Positions 17,337 to 28,342 of a stretch of 44,927 bases of DNA are shown here, piece after piece. The DNA comes from a virus (taxonomy: Duplodnaviria > Heunggongvirae > Uroviricota > Caudoviricetes): the IMG/VR virus record IMGVR_UViG_3300029570_000316. One strand, written 5' to 3'. A model generated the notes under the pieces. It was not told where the DNA came from. It was given only the letters and a program-made list of their open reading frames with translations, and searched no databases. Both the position numbers and the translations under genes were made by a program. Each line of letters starts with the position of its first letter. The stretch's first letter is position 1.

Positions 17337-17801
17337 TTATCCTATCACAACATCAAGGGTCTCCATATCAGCGAACTTCAAGCCGCAATCTTTCGCTGCC
17401 TTGAACAACTCCTTCTCGTCAACTGCCTCAATGGACACCTCTACCTCGGCATTGGCAAGGTCTGAGAAGTACTTCTCGGTCTTCTGCTTCTGATTGAAGA
17501 AGTACTCATTTACCTCAGCGAACTTGGCTGAATCGTCCTTGGTGTATTCGTAGCCCTCATCGGCGTGCTTCTGCTCCAACTGCTGGCACTCCTGAAGCTT
17601 GTGCTGCATCTCCTCAAACTTATCGTCCTTCAGGCTCTCCTGCGCTTCCTTCACATCCTTGTCGTAAGTGTCGGCTACTTGGCGCAGTGCCTTCATATTC
17701 TTCCAAACTCGCATAGCGGCATCATCGCTCATAGATGATGTCTTCAATGCTTTCAACGTTCTGTAGGCATCAACTGCCTCAATTGTCTTAATCTTTTTCA
17801 T
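17337..17801 (-). CDS. Helical phage protein downstream of tail genes (154 aa)
   Basis: Coiled-coil ORF with its own TAACTTTG promoter element at 17879-17886. Confidence 0.75.
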   Translation of the reverse strand: MKKIKTIEAVDAYRTLKALKTSSMSDDAAMRVWKNMKALRQVADTYDKDVKEAQESLKDDKFEEMQHKLQECQQLEQKHADEGYEYTKDDSAKFAEVNEYFFNQKQKTEKYFSDLANAEVEVSIEAVDEKELFKAAKDCGLKFADMETLDVVIG

Positions 17802-18054
17802 AATTGTTTCTTTATTTTTATGTTATACAATATTCTTCGTCAGATTGCCATAGCAGAATACCTTTCCTATTAACAGTGCAAAGTTAAGAAAATAATTCCG
17901 AATAGCAATGCAGGAGGAGTAAAATTTACGAATTTTAAAAATCAGTTTCCCCACGTTGTGTAATCACTAGGTCGCAACGTATCTGCTTTCTCGGTGAGAA
18001 CGTAAACCACAAATACATTTCTAGCATATTTGTTATATTAAGAACATCTGCTTT

Positions 18055-19341
18055 TTAATGCATAATATAACTACCTCCTGGAGGAACTTGTTTCCATCCA
18101 CCATCTATATTAATTTCAAAAGATAATTGACATCTTTGTCCATAATAACCTCCTTCATAAACATTATCAAATCTTATATATATATCAACATAATCTGTTC
18201 TATCACCTTCAGGAATAGTTACAGAACCTGTACTTTGACCAGAGCTATTAGATACATAACCTCTTCCGTATGTTGTCTTATTGTTACCATAACCACAAAC
18301 ACTTCTAAATATACCATCAGTAATTGTAATTGTAGCATCAGGAAGTTTATATATTCTAGCTTTACAAATACAACTAGCACCAACTAATTCTCTCAACGAT
18401 GAGAAATCAACAAAACCACTAGAACCACTTTTAATACTTTCCATATTAATTTGTCTAGGATAATATTTAAAAGTAATAGCACCCGGAAGAGATATAAAAA
18501 TTATTTTTGTATTATCATATAAAGTTGCATTACGAGTATATGCTAAAAAAGGCACAATATCAATATATTTATCTCCACTACCTATATCAAAAGTTATTTC
18601 TTTACTAGCGTATACATAATCTGTTGGTTTTTTGCAATTGCCAACATAATAATTTTTATAAATCTTATCAGTAGTATTATATGGTGAATTATAACGAATT
18701 TGAATCCAAAAAGACCAAGCTAAAGATAAATCAGTTATTATATCATCCATAGTAAGATTTGTGTTATTATCCACATGTGTATTCATATATAATACACAAT
18801 TAAATTTACGAATTGAAGAATAATAAACTTCAACGGTATGAAATTGAGGAAGAGAAGTCAGAAATGTATTGCTTGTTGCTTTACTATTATAATTTCTAAA
18901 ATCACTTAATCTATAAGGAGAATTAGCACCACCTTTTGGAAAATGTTTTCCTGATACACTTGTACTTGTGTTATCACTAATATAACCATTATAACCATAT
19001 ACATTATCTTTATAAAGATTTTTACATGCTTCAATAGCAAAACCTTCTCCTCCATAATTATTACGTAAGTTCTTATAAGTATCCATAGGTATATTCATAC
19101 CACAACGAACAACACAAGTGAAGTTACTATATGAAGATGTTACTATTTCCTCAGAGTCTTCTCTAATAGGATATTCTTTAAATTCACCTTTACAACTAAT
19201 AGGTTTATACTTACTCCATATATTTATATTTTCACTCTTACAAAGAGTAGCAAGGTCATTGCTACTCTCTCCAAGAGCTTGTTTAACATCATCAATGCTA
19301 ACAGGAGCACTAATAATTCCACTATCACTATTGTAAGACAT
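18055..19341 (-). CDS. Putative tail-associated / receptor-binding protein (428 aa)
   Basis: Follows the tail protein; N-terminal APVSIDDV...INIWSKYKP and GG..SPYRLSDFRNY motifs; beta-rich C-terminus; AT-rich DNA. Confidence 0.6.
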   Translation of the reverse strand: MSYNSDSGIISAPVSIDDVKQALGESSNDLATLCKSENINIWSKYKPISCKGEFKEYPIREDSEEIVTSSYSNFTCVVRCGMNIPMDTYKNLRNNYGGEGFAIEACKNLYKDNVYGYNGYISDNTSTSVSGKHFPKGGANSPYRLSDFRNYNSKATSNTFLTSLPQFHTVEVYYSSIRKFNCVLYMNTHVDNNTNLTMDDIITDLSLAWSFWIQIRYNSPYNTTDKIYKNYYVGNCKKPTDYVYASKEITFDIGSGDKYIDIVPFLAYTRNATLYDNTKIIFISLPGAITFKYYPRQINMESIKSGSSGFVDFSSLRELVGASCICKARIYKLPDATITITDGIFRSVCGYGNNKTTYGRGYVSNSSGQSTGSVTIPEGDRTDYVDIYIRFDNVYEGGYYGQRCQLSFEINIDGGWKQVPPGGSYIMH

Positions 19342-19526
19342 AATCTTTATTTTTTAAATATTCAACTTTAGTTTCTAATTCTGTTACAACTTCTTTAGTA
19401 ACAACTCGCTCTACTGTTACATTGAACACTTTCGCAAGCTATAATTTAAATCGTTCCATACGCTTAATCTTTAGAACTTAAAACACTAGGCAAGGCAGCT
19501 CTATAAGAGCCACCCTGCGTTAATAC

Positions 19527-19832
19527 TTACTCTGCTGCCTCGCTTGCCATATTAGCGGCGATAGCGGAATTGACCTCCTTAATCAATGCTGATACCTCAC
19601 TGAGCTTGCTCTGCGGAACACCGCTGATGTTGTAGGTCAGTTCGCTGCCGTTGGAGCTAGCGTTGGCATTGCCGAGATAATTACCATTTGGGTCACCATA
19701 GATACTCATATTGATGCTCTCGATGTTGCCACCCGTCTTGTCAACATTGTAGGTGATTTCTACTCGATAGCCGCCCTTGGTATAAGTGGCGGTTGTCTGT
19801 TCACTCTTCTTGTTAATCTTTAAATTCTCCAT
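19527..19832 (-). CDS. Small tail-associated protein (101 aa)
   Basis: Directly downstream of the large tail gene. Confidence 0.7.
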   Translation of the reverse strand: MENLKINKKSEQTTATYTKGGYRVEITYNVDKTGGNIESINMSIYGDPNGNYLGNANASSNGSELTYNISGVPQSKLSEVSALIKEVNSAIAANMASEAAE

Positions 19833-19840
19833 TTTCTTAA

Positions 19841-22800
19841 CTAATTTAATAAATTAATATTCTTGTTATCTAATCTCTTCTTGTTGCAGTCTTCCTTATC
19901 TCCACTCAATCGCAGAACCTCTGATTCAAGGAAGACCACCCGAGCCTTCAACCTGCTGACCTCATCGCCCACCTGCTCGATAGCACCGAATGCCGTTGCA
20001 ATCAGCTTCGGAGACCAGTAGTTAATCTTGTAGTAGCCCTTCTCGTCAGTCTCCACGATGTCCTTTAAGTGAGGGTTGTGCAATACATGCTGTGCAATCC
20101 AGCCGATAGACCTTGTGTTGTCCTTCTTCCAAGCGAAGCCATAAGTGCCACCCATTGCCTTGATGATACCCAAGTAGTCCAGCTTCCGCAAATCCTGCTT
20201 CAAGCGGATGTCAGAAGATTGATAAGCTGTAACTCCACCTTTAGCAAGAATGCTATTAGGGAAGTAAGTATTCATATTATAATCAAAGTTATATATATGA
20301 CCTGTATGACCCATAAATCTATCAGTAGGAAATGAATACTTAGTAAAAGCAAATATTCGTATTCTATTTATTGAAGCATTTCGTAATGCAGTAGTATTTT
20401 GGTCGTGTTTAAATTTAAAACGAATATATCTTCTATTATTGTTTCCTACAGGAAAACCTTCGTTACCATTAGATAGATTTATATAATTAAATTGATTCCA
20501 TCCAGTCATAAGTTTAGTAAAAGTATTAATTATAACACCTTTACTATCTATAAACTCTACAGTACAAATAGTATTAATACCGTTTGACATATCAACACAA
20601 GCAAAATATACTTGAGAATAACAAGAATTAGGAATTTCAAACGAAAACATTAATTCGTTCTTTTTTATTTGAGCTAACTTTTCAGCATCAGTATTACCAG
20701 TAATAACATTGCTACCTAAGTATAAACTATCAAAACCTGCAACATTCGCATACGCCTTAAATTTAGTATCATTTGAAATATTATAATTAGTCCAATTTCT
20801 ACCGTTATCATTAGTATAAACTATAGAAAGATTATCGACTGGTATACTATCAGTAATAGCAGTAATTCCAGAACATAAAGCATCAGCTGAAACATAACAA
20901 CCCGCTCCTTTATTATTAACTTCATAATTTGTAGGTAATATACCTTTATTATTTATTAAACCGGCAACTGATAAATTACCATTAATAACAGCATTTTTAC
21001 TAACACTAATACTATCACAACTAATAACATCATTAACAGTAAGACTTTTAAACGTAGCATTACCTAATTGTGTTATGTTCCAATAACTACTATTTACTTG
21101 ACTACACATGTCTTGAACTTTCACAAAACCAGAATTATTACCATTACCTAAATATAAATCACCACCACTACCTCCAATTCTAACTCCACCATCAGGAGTT
21201 ATAGTTGTAATGCCTGGAAATTTAAGTGTACCATTACGTTGTGCACTATTAGCCTCAAACACAGAACCATCAGCTATACCAAGATAAATAGTTTTATTAG
21301 AATGAGTATATTTAAGACCAGCCCATTGATTCCAATCCCAAGCAGTTTCACCAAAACGAATAGCACCACCAGTGTTAAATATTACGTCCTTATCAATAGC
21401 AGATATACGAGCATTAGCATTTACATCATTATTTAATCGTATAGCTCCATTACTAGAGTTACTATTATTTATATATATTGTTCCATTAACATCTCCAGTA
21501 CCATTAAAACTATGACCCCAAATACTTCTAGCAGTTTCGAGTTTAGTAGCAGAAGCTACATTGTCAGAAGTAAGAGCTACAGTAGCCCAATCTTTAGTAT
21601 TATAGTTATTACTAGTACCGTATGCACACCTAATAAACATTCTATTATCACCTGTAAATGCTAATTGATGATTAGAAGCACCATCAAGACTACCTATAAC
21701 TAATAATGTACCCCATCCATTAAAAGGTCTTTTACCACTAATTGTAACTTCTGATTCAGGTTGAATATCTCTAGTACCAAATGTTGTTTCTTTGTCTATA
21801 TTGTACGCCCCTAATCTACCTCTTTTAACCAACAAATGACTTGCATGATAACCATCAACAGTATCTGCATTACCAGCACTACTAGCATAATTAACACTAA
21901 TATTTGAAACACTTTTAGTTGTTCCACCAACTGTTATACTAATTCCCTTATTAGAATTAGATAGAGCAGTAAGAAGACCACTTGCATGGTAACCGTCTAC
22001 AGTGTCAGAATTACCTCCGTTAGCAGGAAGAGTAGTAGGTATTTGACTAGTTAAAGCTAGAGTACCTGTAGCTCTAGGAACAGTTATATCGTGTGCTATA
22101 GTTTCTGCACTAGAATTTGTATTATACCATCTAAAATGAATTTGCTCATTTGAAGCATCATCACCTACCGCTATTTCTAAAGTTCCACTATTAGCAGAAG
22201 TTTCTAAATGTCTAATCCATCCACTATCATTGTTTGAATTACCATTATATGGGTCAGCAAATGCTATACCGTTAGAATAAAGAATTGTTCCACGGCATGA
22301 AGTATTATATGCTAATCCGCTAGGCATACCTGCTACAAGAGTAAGTCTATTATTATTACCTCCAGCTGTGCCAACACCTTGTATCCAAATACGATTATTA
22401 TTCATAACAAGTTGATGGTCAAGGTTTATATTTTTATTATCAAACCATAACATAGCGTATTTGTTTTCGGTTGTATTATATAATGCAATACCAGCAACAC
22501 TATCGTTATTAGCAGATTTAATACAAAATGTACCACATATATTGTGGTCGCCAATATAAGCATCATCTCCTACTAAATACCAAGTATTATTAGCAAATTT
22601 AGGATAACGACTATCAGTAAGTCTACTATCATGAATAGTAACATAGTTTGCTAAACTTTGATGAGAAGTAAGATAAGTTCCTAAATCTACAGCAGTTCCA
22701 CCAGTAGCTGCGATAGTTTTAGTAACACCGTTAATCTTAACACTATGTGTATGACTAGTTGCCGACTTACCACTAAGAAGTGAATCTACACTACTTTTGG

Positions 22801-25800
22801 TATAATAGTTAGCAAGACTTTGATGACTAGTTAAGAACGTTGCACCTTTAGTAAATGTAATACCCTTTCCGCTTTTAGATACAGACGTGATAGCATTCCC
22901 ACTTCCACTTACAGATATTGCATTAACGTAACCATCAAGTGACTGATGATTAGTTAAGAACGTACTACCTTTAACTACGCTGATAGTAGTACCATTCTTG
23001 GTGACAGACGTAACCGCATTACCGCTACCGCTGACAGAAATAGCAGTAGCACTACCACCTTCCAAGCTAGAGATACGAGAATCAAGAGCCTTGATGGAGT
23101 AGGCAGAGGCAATCTCACTCAGCGATTCTGATGTAAGCTTCAAGGCACTTGAATAACTCTTCACACTGCCGTTCAAGCCGCCACCACTGGATGATGATGT
23201 CCCAACACCATAGGCAGAAACACCACCACTAGTATAGAGGTTTGCCACCTCGTTAGTCGTAGTGTTCGTAATCTTCAACGCCTTATTGGTTGCATCATAC
23301 TCCATCTTTATGTTGCCGATGGAGATGTACTTTCCGTCAGGCACGATGATACTTCCGTTAATATCGGCAGTACCGTTAAACGAGTTACCCCAAAGCTTGT
23401 GAGTATTCGTGAGCTGGAGAGCCTTTTTCGCTGAACCGCTTGTAAAGTAGCCCTGCAAGGTGGTGATACTCGTCTTGTTGGTGGATATGCCCGAAGCGTT
23501 CACCCCTTCTGCCTTTTTCGCTCTTGTTACCTCGTCAGATATAGACTTATTGATTCCATCAACGATACCACTTAAAGTGTCTGTCTGCGCAATATTGGCG
23601 AGGAAGCTCACCACCTCGTTCCACTTATTGATAACGCCGTCCGCAGTCTCCTCGTCAGTAGTTATAAGGGCGTACCAGTCATAGGCACTATCCCAACAAG
23701 TTACCTTCGTTGATGTAATGCCGTCCAATACAGACTTATTGCTATGAGTATGCTTTGCTGATACCGCACCATCCCAAGCCGTCTGCTTTGTTGTTGTTGG
23801 GATGGAGTAACCAGAAGCAAGACTAATAGCAAACGTGCCACTTGTTGTGATGGTCTTAGTTGCGCACGTCAAACCAGTAGGAAGGGTAAGAGCTACAGAT
23901 GTAACAGTACCCTTATTGGTAGTATAGCCCTTTGCATCAATCTCCGCTTTGGTATAATAGCTTGCGAGAGACTGATGAGCAGTCAGATACCCTTTATCAT
24001 TGGTAAGCTGGCTTACCTTCGTGATGCGGTCAGTGATTTCTGTCCACTTATGGGTATGCGCACTAGGTGTGAATGTTGATGGCTTACCCGTGATGTTATT
24101 CCAAGAAAGGCTCAGACCGCCAAGCTCTGATGCTATATTGTCAATTCGGCTGCTGAGAGCCTTTATAGCATAGGCATTCGGAATACTAGTCAAGTCTGCA
24201 TCCGTATAGCTTCCTTCTAAGATTCTCGCATAGCTGATTACGCTTGCAATCAAGCCGCCACCACCCGTGGTAGATGCTCCTGCTCCGTATGCCGTGATAC
24301 CACCAAGAGCATAGAAGTTAGCAGCCTCCTTTCCTGCCGCATCCTTGGATAGTCGAAGGGCATTGTTGGCACTATCATACGATAGATAGATTCCACCAAT
24401 TTTTAAGCTACCTTCGGTTGTCACGTTACCCGATACGTCAAGATGAGTGAACGGCTTCTGTGGGTCGATAGACAAGACGTTTGCCAACTTTGTCGTATCT
24501 GTAGTTCCGCTTTTCCATATAGGAGCGAAGAGAGCAAGCTGAACACCAACATTATTCTTGTTGATAATGAAAGATGTCGGGTCTGCGTGCAAAATACCGT
24601 CTGCGTCCCACCAAAGGTTTCCATTTGCGAAATAGCCTGTTCCGTCAAAGCGCAAGAGGGACTTGGCAGCAATTTTCTTCTCTTCCTCTGTTGTCGTGGA
24701 GGCTTGCTTGTCGATAGCCTTTCCACCTAGCCAAAGGGCGATGCCATTCTCCTTCGTGTCCGCTCCATTGATACCTGCGGTAACATTTCCCTTATCGTTA
24801 CGTAAGGCTATCAATGTGGAGAGGATAAGACCACCCTTGACTACTGTGTCTCCATCAACAAGAGCAGCCTTGATGTATTCAAGACCAGCCATATTAGTGA
24901 TGAGCTTAGTATTGAGACCATCAAACAGATTAGACGTGATATAGTTGTTCGCCACACCCAGCTTGTCGTAGAAAGCCTTATAAGCATTCGTGAAGTTGGT
25001 ATACTTCTGAGCCGCAGCCGCCTTGATGGTAGCCTTTCCATTTGAATCAGAAGCGTTGTATCTGCTTACGATGTCAGAAAGATAGGTAATGAGTTCATTT
25101 TTTGCGCTATCGAGTGTAGCCTTAGCTGAAACCAAATCCGTTTTATAGGTCGTTTCATTACCATCCTTATCCAACAAGAACTTAGAGCCAACAACATTAT
25201 TATACGACTCAACGGCTGCATTATAATCATCCTCCAGTCGCTTGCTATCCTGTGCGATAGCCGCAATCTCCGAGCTATCCAAGTAGCCATCAGAGGTAAA
25301 ATCATCGAAAGCCTTCTTGTTGTTAGATACGGTCGTTCCGAGGGTATTCAAGTTGCTCTGTGTCGTCTTAATCTCTTCTTGCGCCTTCTCAGCAGCTTTC
25401 TTGGCTTCCTCTGCCTTCGTGTCATCGGTATACTTGCTAGCCAATTTCCAATCGGCAATATCGAACTTTTCTCCTTCTGCCTTGGCGGTGGAACACTTCA
25501 AGATTTCATTCTTGTAGGTACTTCCATCGCTAGGATAGGTGGCATTGACCCACATATCGTTCACGTCGTATGGGGGAACTGGCTGTGAACCGAAAATGCG
25601 TCTCTTGTCTGCGATATACTTATCCAAGGTTTTGCCATCATAGGTGGACTTTATATCCAATTCTCCCTTGATGGTAACTTTCTTCGTCTCGCTATCAAAC
25701 TTGACATAGGATTCACCCTCGTAGTTATTGGCACTAGTAGGTCGGTCTCCGAAGTACATATCTCCGTAGACGTGGAAGAAAGCCTTGCCTGTAGAATGGT

Positions 25801-28342
25801 TCACACCATAGTCAACATATTCCTTGTTATTGAAAGTATAACCATTCACTCCGTGATAGAGCGTAACACTTGGCGAATAGGTATCAACGGCAGAGAACAC
25901 CAAGCAACTCTGCCTTGCGATGTCTGTTCGGCTACCAACTTGGTTCAACACATCGTCTACCATTGGAATATCACTGCTTGTGTCCTTGTCTATATCCGAT
26001 AAGTCCACATAGTGATAGTTCTTTCCCTCTATCTCAACGGTTTCTGTAGACACACCGATGACTAGTCGCCAATAGTAGTGATTGCCGACATTGTGAAATT
26101 TCCCTTGTGTGAGGTTGAAACTCTTGCTTCTCGCTTGGTCTCCAACCTTCCATTTATTCTCCACCTTTGAGCCATCTTGCTCACCAAGGAAGTAGCATCT
26201 GTAAGCATTCTGACTAACACCATCATAGGTAACATTCACCTCTTCAACCTTCAATATTCGGTTACTGCCTACTGTGGTAATGAACAATTCACCACCCAAG
26301 GTGTCCGTATGCAATATCTCCAAGGTCTCGAAGATAGCCTTCATCCTAACATTAAGGTAGTCGGTCGTCAGATGACTTCTGAAAAGCTCGTCTAAAGACC
26401 AATCGCCCCCACTTAAAGCCGAATAGTCCCCAACTTGAAGCCCTCGCAAGAACTTAATCAAGAAGTTTGCCGCATCCGTCTTATCCTTATGAAGATAGGA
26501 GTTTTCAACCCTCTTGGCTGAAAATACATTGAAGTCTGTAGGTTGAACAGTTGTGTCATAGCTCTTAATGATATAGATACTATTTCCACTACCTCCCTTA
26601 TTGAGATAGCTTTGCCCATTGAAAACAAGTTCCTCAATCTGTGAGGACATCGCATTGAGCCTAGAGTAAGCTGGTTTCTCACCTACAGTATACTTTACGC
26701 TATCAAAGGGAACGTCAAGATGTAACTCATAGCCGATAATTCTAGATGCTCTAAAGCTCATATCATATCCCTTGTTGAATAGGTTCACCCTATCGCCCTC
26801 AAAATGGAATTGTCCCTTGCCGTCATTGTATGAGTAATCAGACGCAGCCGTGCAAGTATAGGTCGTAGGGTCTATCATTGACTTCTTCAAGTTCTTGATG
26901 GCATCGGTCAAGAGCTCGTTGGAGGAAGATGTCACCAAGGTATTGCCCAACTTCGTTGAGTCCCAATTGTAGAGTACAAAGGTATCTCCGTCTTTCGGAT
27001 GCAGAACCGTGTCTGGCAAGAATCGTCCGTAGTCCTCGTTTGCAACAATCTCAAAGACCTGTGCCGCTGGATTTATCTGTTCCTTGCCATCCTTCAGTAT
27101 AGGGCTACCATTAGAATCTCTCAAAATCTCGGACTCACCATCGGGATTGAACTGACACTCGAAATCCATTCCATTCAACGAACCACTTTGGAAGATAATA
27201 TGCAAGGTCTTTCCACTGAGGATGTAGGAACTTCTGAAAGCCATGTCCCCTGTCTTGTTTCCGTCTGCGTCTACGATGGTCAGTCCCTTTACTCGATAGA
27301 AAGTCCTCTTGATATAGTCGCCCTCCTCGGGTGTGCTCTCGTCCTCAACATCCTTCTCATAATAGGTAACATTAGAAGTCTTGATTAAGTTCCTTGGATA
27401 AATGTCATCATTGGTGGTAACGCCCTCTACATACTCGTCTTCGGTAAGTCCCTTGACTTGCAAGCAGCCATTCTTCAACTCAAAGCCGTTATCTTCCAAG
27501 AGTTTCTTGTTCTCAGCGGAACACTCTTCTAAAGTAGGGAGCATAAGCCTCTTCTCCACCACTCCGTTCTTTGTAACGTCAGCGGAAGAGTTCTGCTTAT
27601 ATCCACTAGGTAAGTTCCTAGCCGCTCCAAAGGCATATACCCTGTTGGCATAGCTTGCTTGGCTCTGCGAGCTTGACATTGAAACAATGTTTTCGCCATC
27701 CTTGAAGTCTACAACCTCATTGGTATTCTCGCAAGTACCAAAATGCACGAGGTTTCCCTCTACCCACCATTCGCACTCAAAGGTCTGTGCGATATTAGCG
27801 ATAGCATCAAGAATGCTAGAATTGGAATAGGTGATTACCTTGGACTTAGTACTGTCAACGCTAGCATCCACCACGAATGTGTAATCGCTACCTTTTCCCG
27901 TGTAATTCGGGTCATAGAGATACGACTTGCTAGCCTTAGCCAAGAAATCCAAGTTATCCTTGATGATGTTTGCATGTGTAATGATATTCGAGGTAAGCGT
28001 GAATGTGCCCTCTGGAGAACCAGAGTTAGGCATATATTTCAGTCTCTTGTTCTTCCATTTCCTATAGTAAGCATCAAACTCCAACTCATAGGAATATCCA
28101 AGAGTGCCATCGTCCTTTGGCTTTACGTTATCAACCAACTCAAACCTTCCATAGTCAGTAACGATGAAATCTCCCATCTTGAAGTGTATCGCACTGCCAA
28201 GCTTAAAGGATAGCTTGCAATAGTGGGACTGCATCAACTCGAAGTGCACCAACGCATCCTCCGTTACGGGAACGGAGCACCTTACGTGTACGTCTCCCTT
28301 TGTGTCGTAATACTTAACCTCTATATCCTTGTATGTCCTCAT
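19841..28342 (-). CDS. Large tail protein: baseplate-hub-like N-terminus, fibre repeats and C-terminal S74-type intramolecular chaperone
   Basis: 2833 aa; C-terminal SSDIRLK...GWIAQ...INY...coiled coil; internal HQSL, HTH(K/S) and WG.SFNGT.D.NG fibre repeats. Confidence 0.88.
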   Translation of the reverse strand: MRTYKDIEVKYYDTKGDVHVRCSVPVTEDALVHFELMQSHYCKLSFKLGSAIHFKMGDFIVTDYGRFELVDNVKPKDDGTLGYSYELEFDAYYRKWKNKRLKYMPNSGSPEGTFTLTSNIITHANIIKDNLDFLAKASKSYLYDPNYTGKGSDYTFVVDASVDSTKSKVITYSNSSILDAIANIAQTFECEWWVEGNLVHFGTCENTNEVVDFKDGENIVSMSSSQSQASYANRVYAFGAARNLPSGYKQNSSADVTKNGVVEKRLMLPTLEECSAENKKLLEDNGFELKNGCLQVKGLTEDEYVEGVTTNDDIYPRNLIKTSNVTYYEKDVEDESTPEEGDYIKRTFYRVKGLTIVDADGNKTGDMAFRSSYILSGKTLHIIFQSGSLNGMDFECQFNPDGESEILRDSNGSPILKDGKEQINPAAQVFEIVANEDYGRFLPDTVLHPKDGDTFVLYNWDSTKLGNTLVTSSSNELLTDAIKNLKKSMIDPTTYTCTAASDYSYNDGKGQFHFEGDRVNLFNKGYDMSFRASRIIGYELHLDVPFDSVKYTVGEKPAYSRLNAMSSQIEELVFNGQSYLNKGGSGNSIYIIKSYDTTVQPTDFNVFSAKRVENSYLHKDKTDAANFLIKFLRGLQVGDYSALSGGDWSLDELFRSHLTTDYLNVRMKAIFETLEILHTDTLGGELFITTVGSNRILKVEEVNVTYDGVSQNAYRCYFLGEQDGSKVENKWKVGDQARSKSFNLTQGKFHNVGNHYYWRLVIGVSTETVEIEGKNYHYVDLSDIDKDTSSDIPMVDDVLNQVGSRTDIARQSCLVFSAVDTYSPSVTLYHGVNGYTFNNKEYVDYGVNHSTGKAFFHVYGDMYFGDRPTSANNYEGESYVKFDSETKKVTIKGELDIKSTYDGKTLDKYIADKRRIFGSQPVPPYDVNDMWVNATYPSDGSTYKNEILKCSTAKAEGEKFDIADWKLASKYTDDTKAEEAKKAAEKAQEEIKTTQSNLNTLGTTVSNNKKAFDDFTSDGYLDSSEIAAIAQDSKRLEDDYNAAVESYNNVVGSKFLLDKDGNETTYKTDLVSAKATLDSAKNELITYLSDIVSRYNASDSNGKATIKAAAAQKYTNFTNAYKAFYDKLGVANNYITSNLFDGLNTKLITNMAGLEYIKAALVDGDTVVKGGLILSTLIALRNDKGNVTAGINGADTKENGIALWLGGKAIDKQASTTTEEEKKIAAKSLLRFDGTGYFANGNLWWDADGILHADPTSFIINKNNVGVQLALFAPIWKSGTTDTTKLANVLSIDPQKPFTHLDVSGNVTTEGSLKIGGIYLSYDSANNALRLSKDAAGKEAANFYALGGITAYGAGASTTGGGGLIASVISYARILEGSYTDADLTSIPNAYAIKALSSRIDNIASELGGLSLSWNNITGKPSTFTPSAHTHKWTEITDRITKVSQLTNDKGYLTAHQSLASYYTKAEIDAKGYTTNKGTVTSVALTLPTGLTCATKTITTSGTFAISLASGYSIPTTTKQTAWDGAVSAKHTHSNKSVLDGITSTKVTCWDSAYDWYALITTDEETADGVINKWNEVVSFLANIAQTDTLSGIVDGINKSISDEVTRAKKAEGVNASGISTNKTSITTLQGYFTSGSAKKALQLTNTHKLWGNSFNGTADINGSIIVPDGKYISIGNIKMEYDATNKALKITNTTTNEVANLYTSGGVSAYGVGTSSSSGGGLNGSVKSYSSALKLTSESLSEIASAYSIKALDSRISSLEGGSATAISVSGSGNAVTSVTKNGTTISVVKGSTFLTNHQSLDGYVNAISVSGSGNAITSVSKSGKGITFTKGATFLTSHQSLANYYTKSSVDSLLSGKSATSHTHSVKINGVTKTIAATGGTAVDLGTYLTSHQSLANYVTIHDSRLTDSRYPKFANNTWYLVGDDAYIGDHNICGTFCIKSANNDSVAGIALYNTTENKYAMLWFDNKNINLDHQLVMNNNRIWIQGVGTAGGNNNRLTLVAGMPSGLAYNTSCRGTILYSNGIAFADPYNGNSNNDSGWIRHLETSANSGTLEIAVGDDASNEQIHFRWYNTNSSAETIAHDITVPRATGTLALTSQIPTTLPANGGNSDTVDGYHASGLLTALSNSNKGISITVGGTTKSVSNISVNYASSAGNADTVDGYHASHLLVKRGRLGAYNIDKETTFGTRDIQPESEVTISGKRPFNGWGTLLVIGSLDGASNHQLAFTGDNRMFIRCAYGTSNNYNTKDWATVALTSDNVASATKLETARSIWGHSFNGTGDVNGTIYINNSNSSNGAIRLNNDVNANARISAIDKDVIFNTGGAIRFGETAWDWNQWAGLKYTHSNKTIYLGIADGSVFEANSAQRNGTLKFPGITTITPDGGVRIGGSGGDLYLGNGNNSGFVKVQDMCSQVNSSYWNITQLGNATFKSLTVNDVISCDSISVSKNAVINGNLSVAGLINNKGILPTNYEVNNKGAGCYVSADALCSGITAITDSIPVDNLSIVYTNDNGRNWTNYNISNDTKFKAYANVAGFDSLYLGSNVITGNTDAEKLAQIKKNELMFSFEIPNSCYSQVYFACVDMSNGINTICTVEFIDSKGVIINTFTKLMTGWNQFNYINLSNGNEGFPVGNNNRRYIRFKFKHDQNTTALRNASINRIRIFAFTKYSFPTDRFMGHTGHIYNFDYNMNTYFPNSILAKGGVTAYQSSDIRLKQDLRKLDYLGIIKAMGGTYGFAWKKDNTRSIGWIAQHVLHNPHLKDIVETDEKGYYKINYWSPKLIATAFGAIEQVGDEVSRLKARVVFLESEVLRLSGDKEDCNKKRLDNKNINLLN

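Noticed and set aside
19355..19460. Possible small ORF remnant between tail genes
   Set aside because: ATG is followed by a stop after six codons; too little evidence to call
18055..28342. Diversity-generating retroelement or invertase shufflon acting on tail genes
   Set aside because: No reverse transcriptase, no adenine-specific TR/VR pair and no inverted fibre cassettes seen in this window
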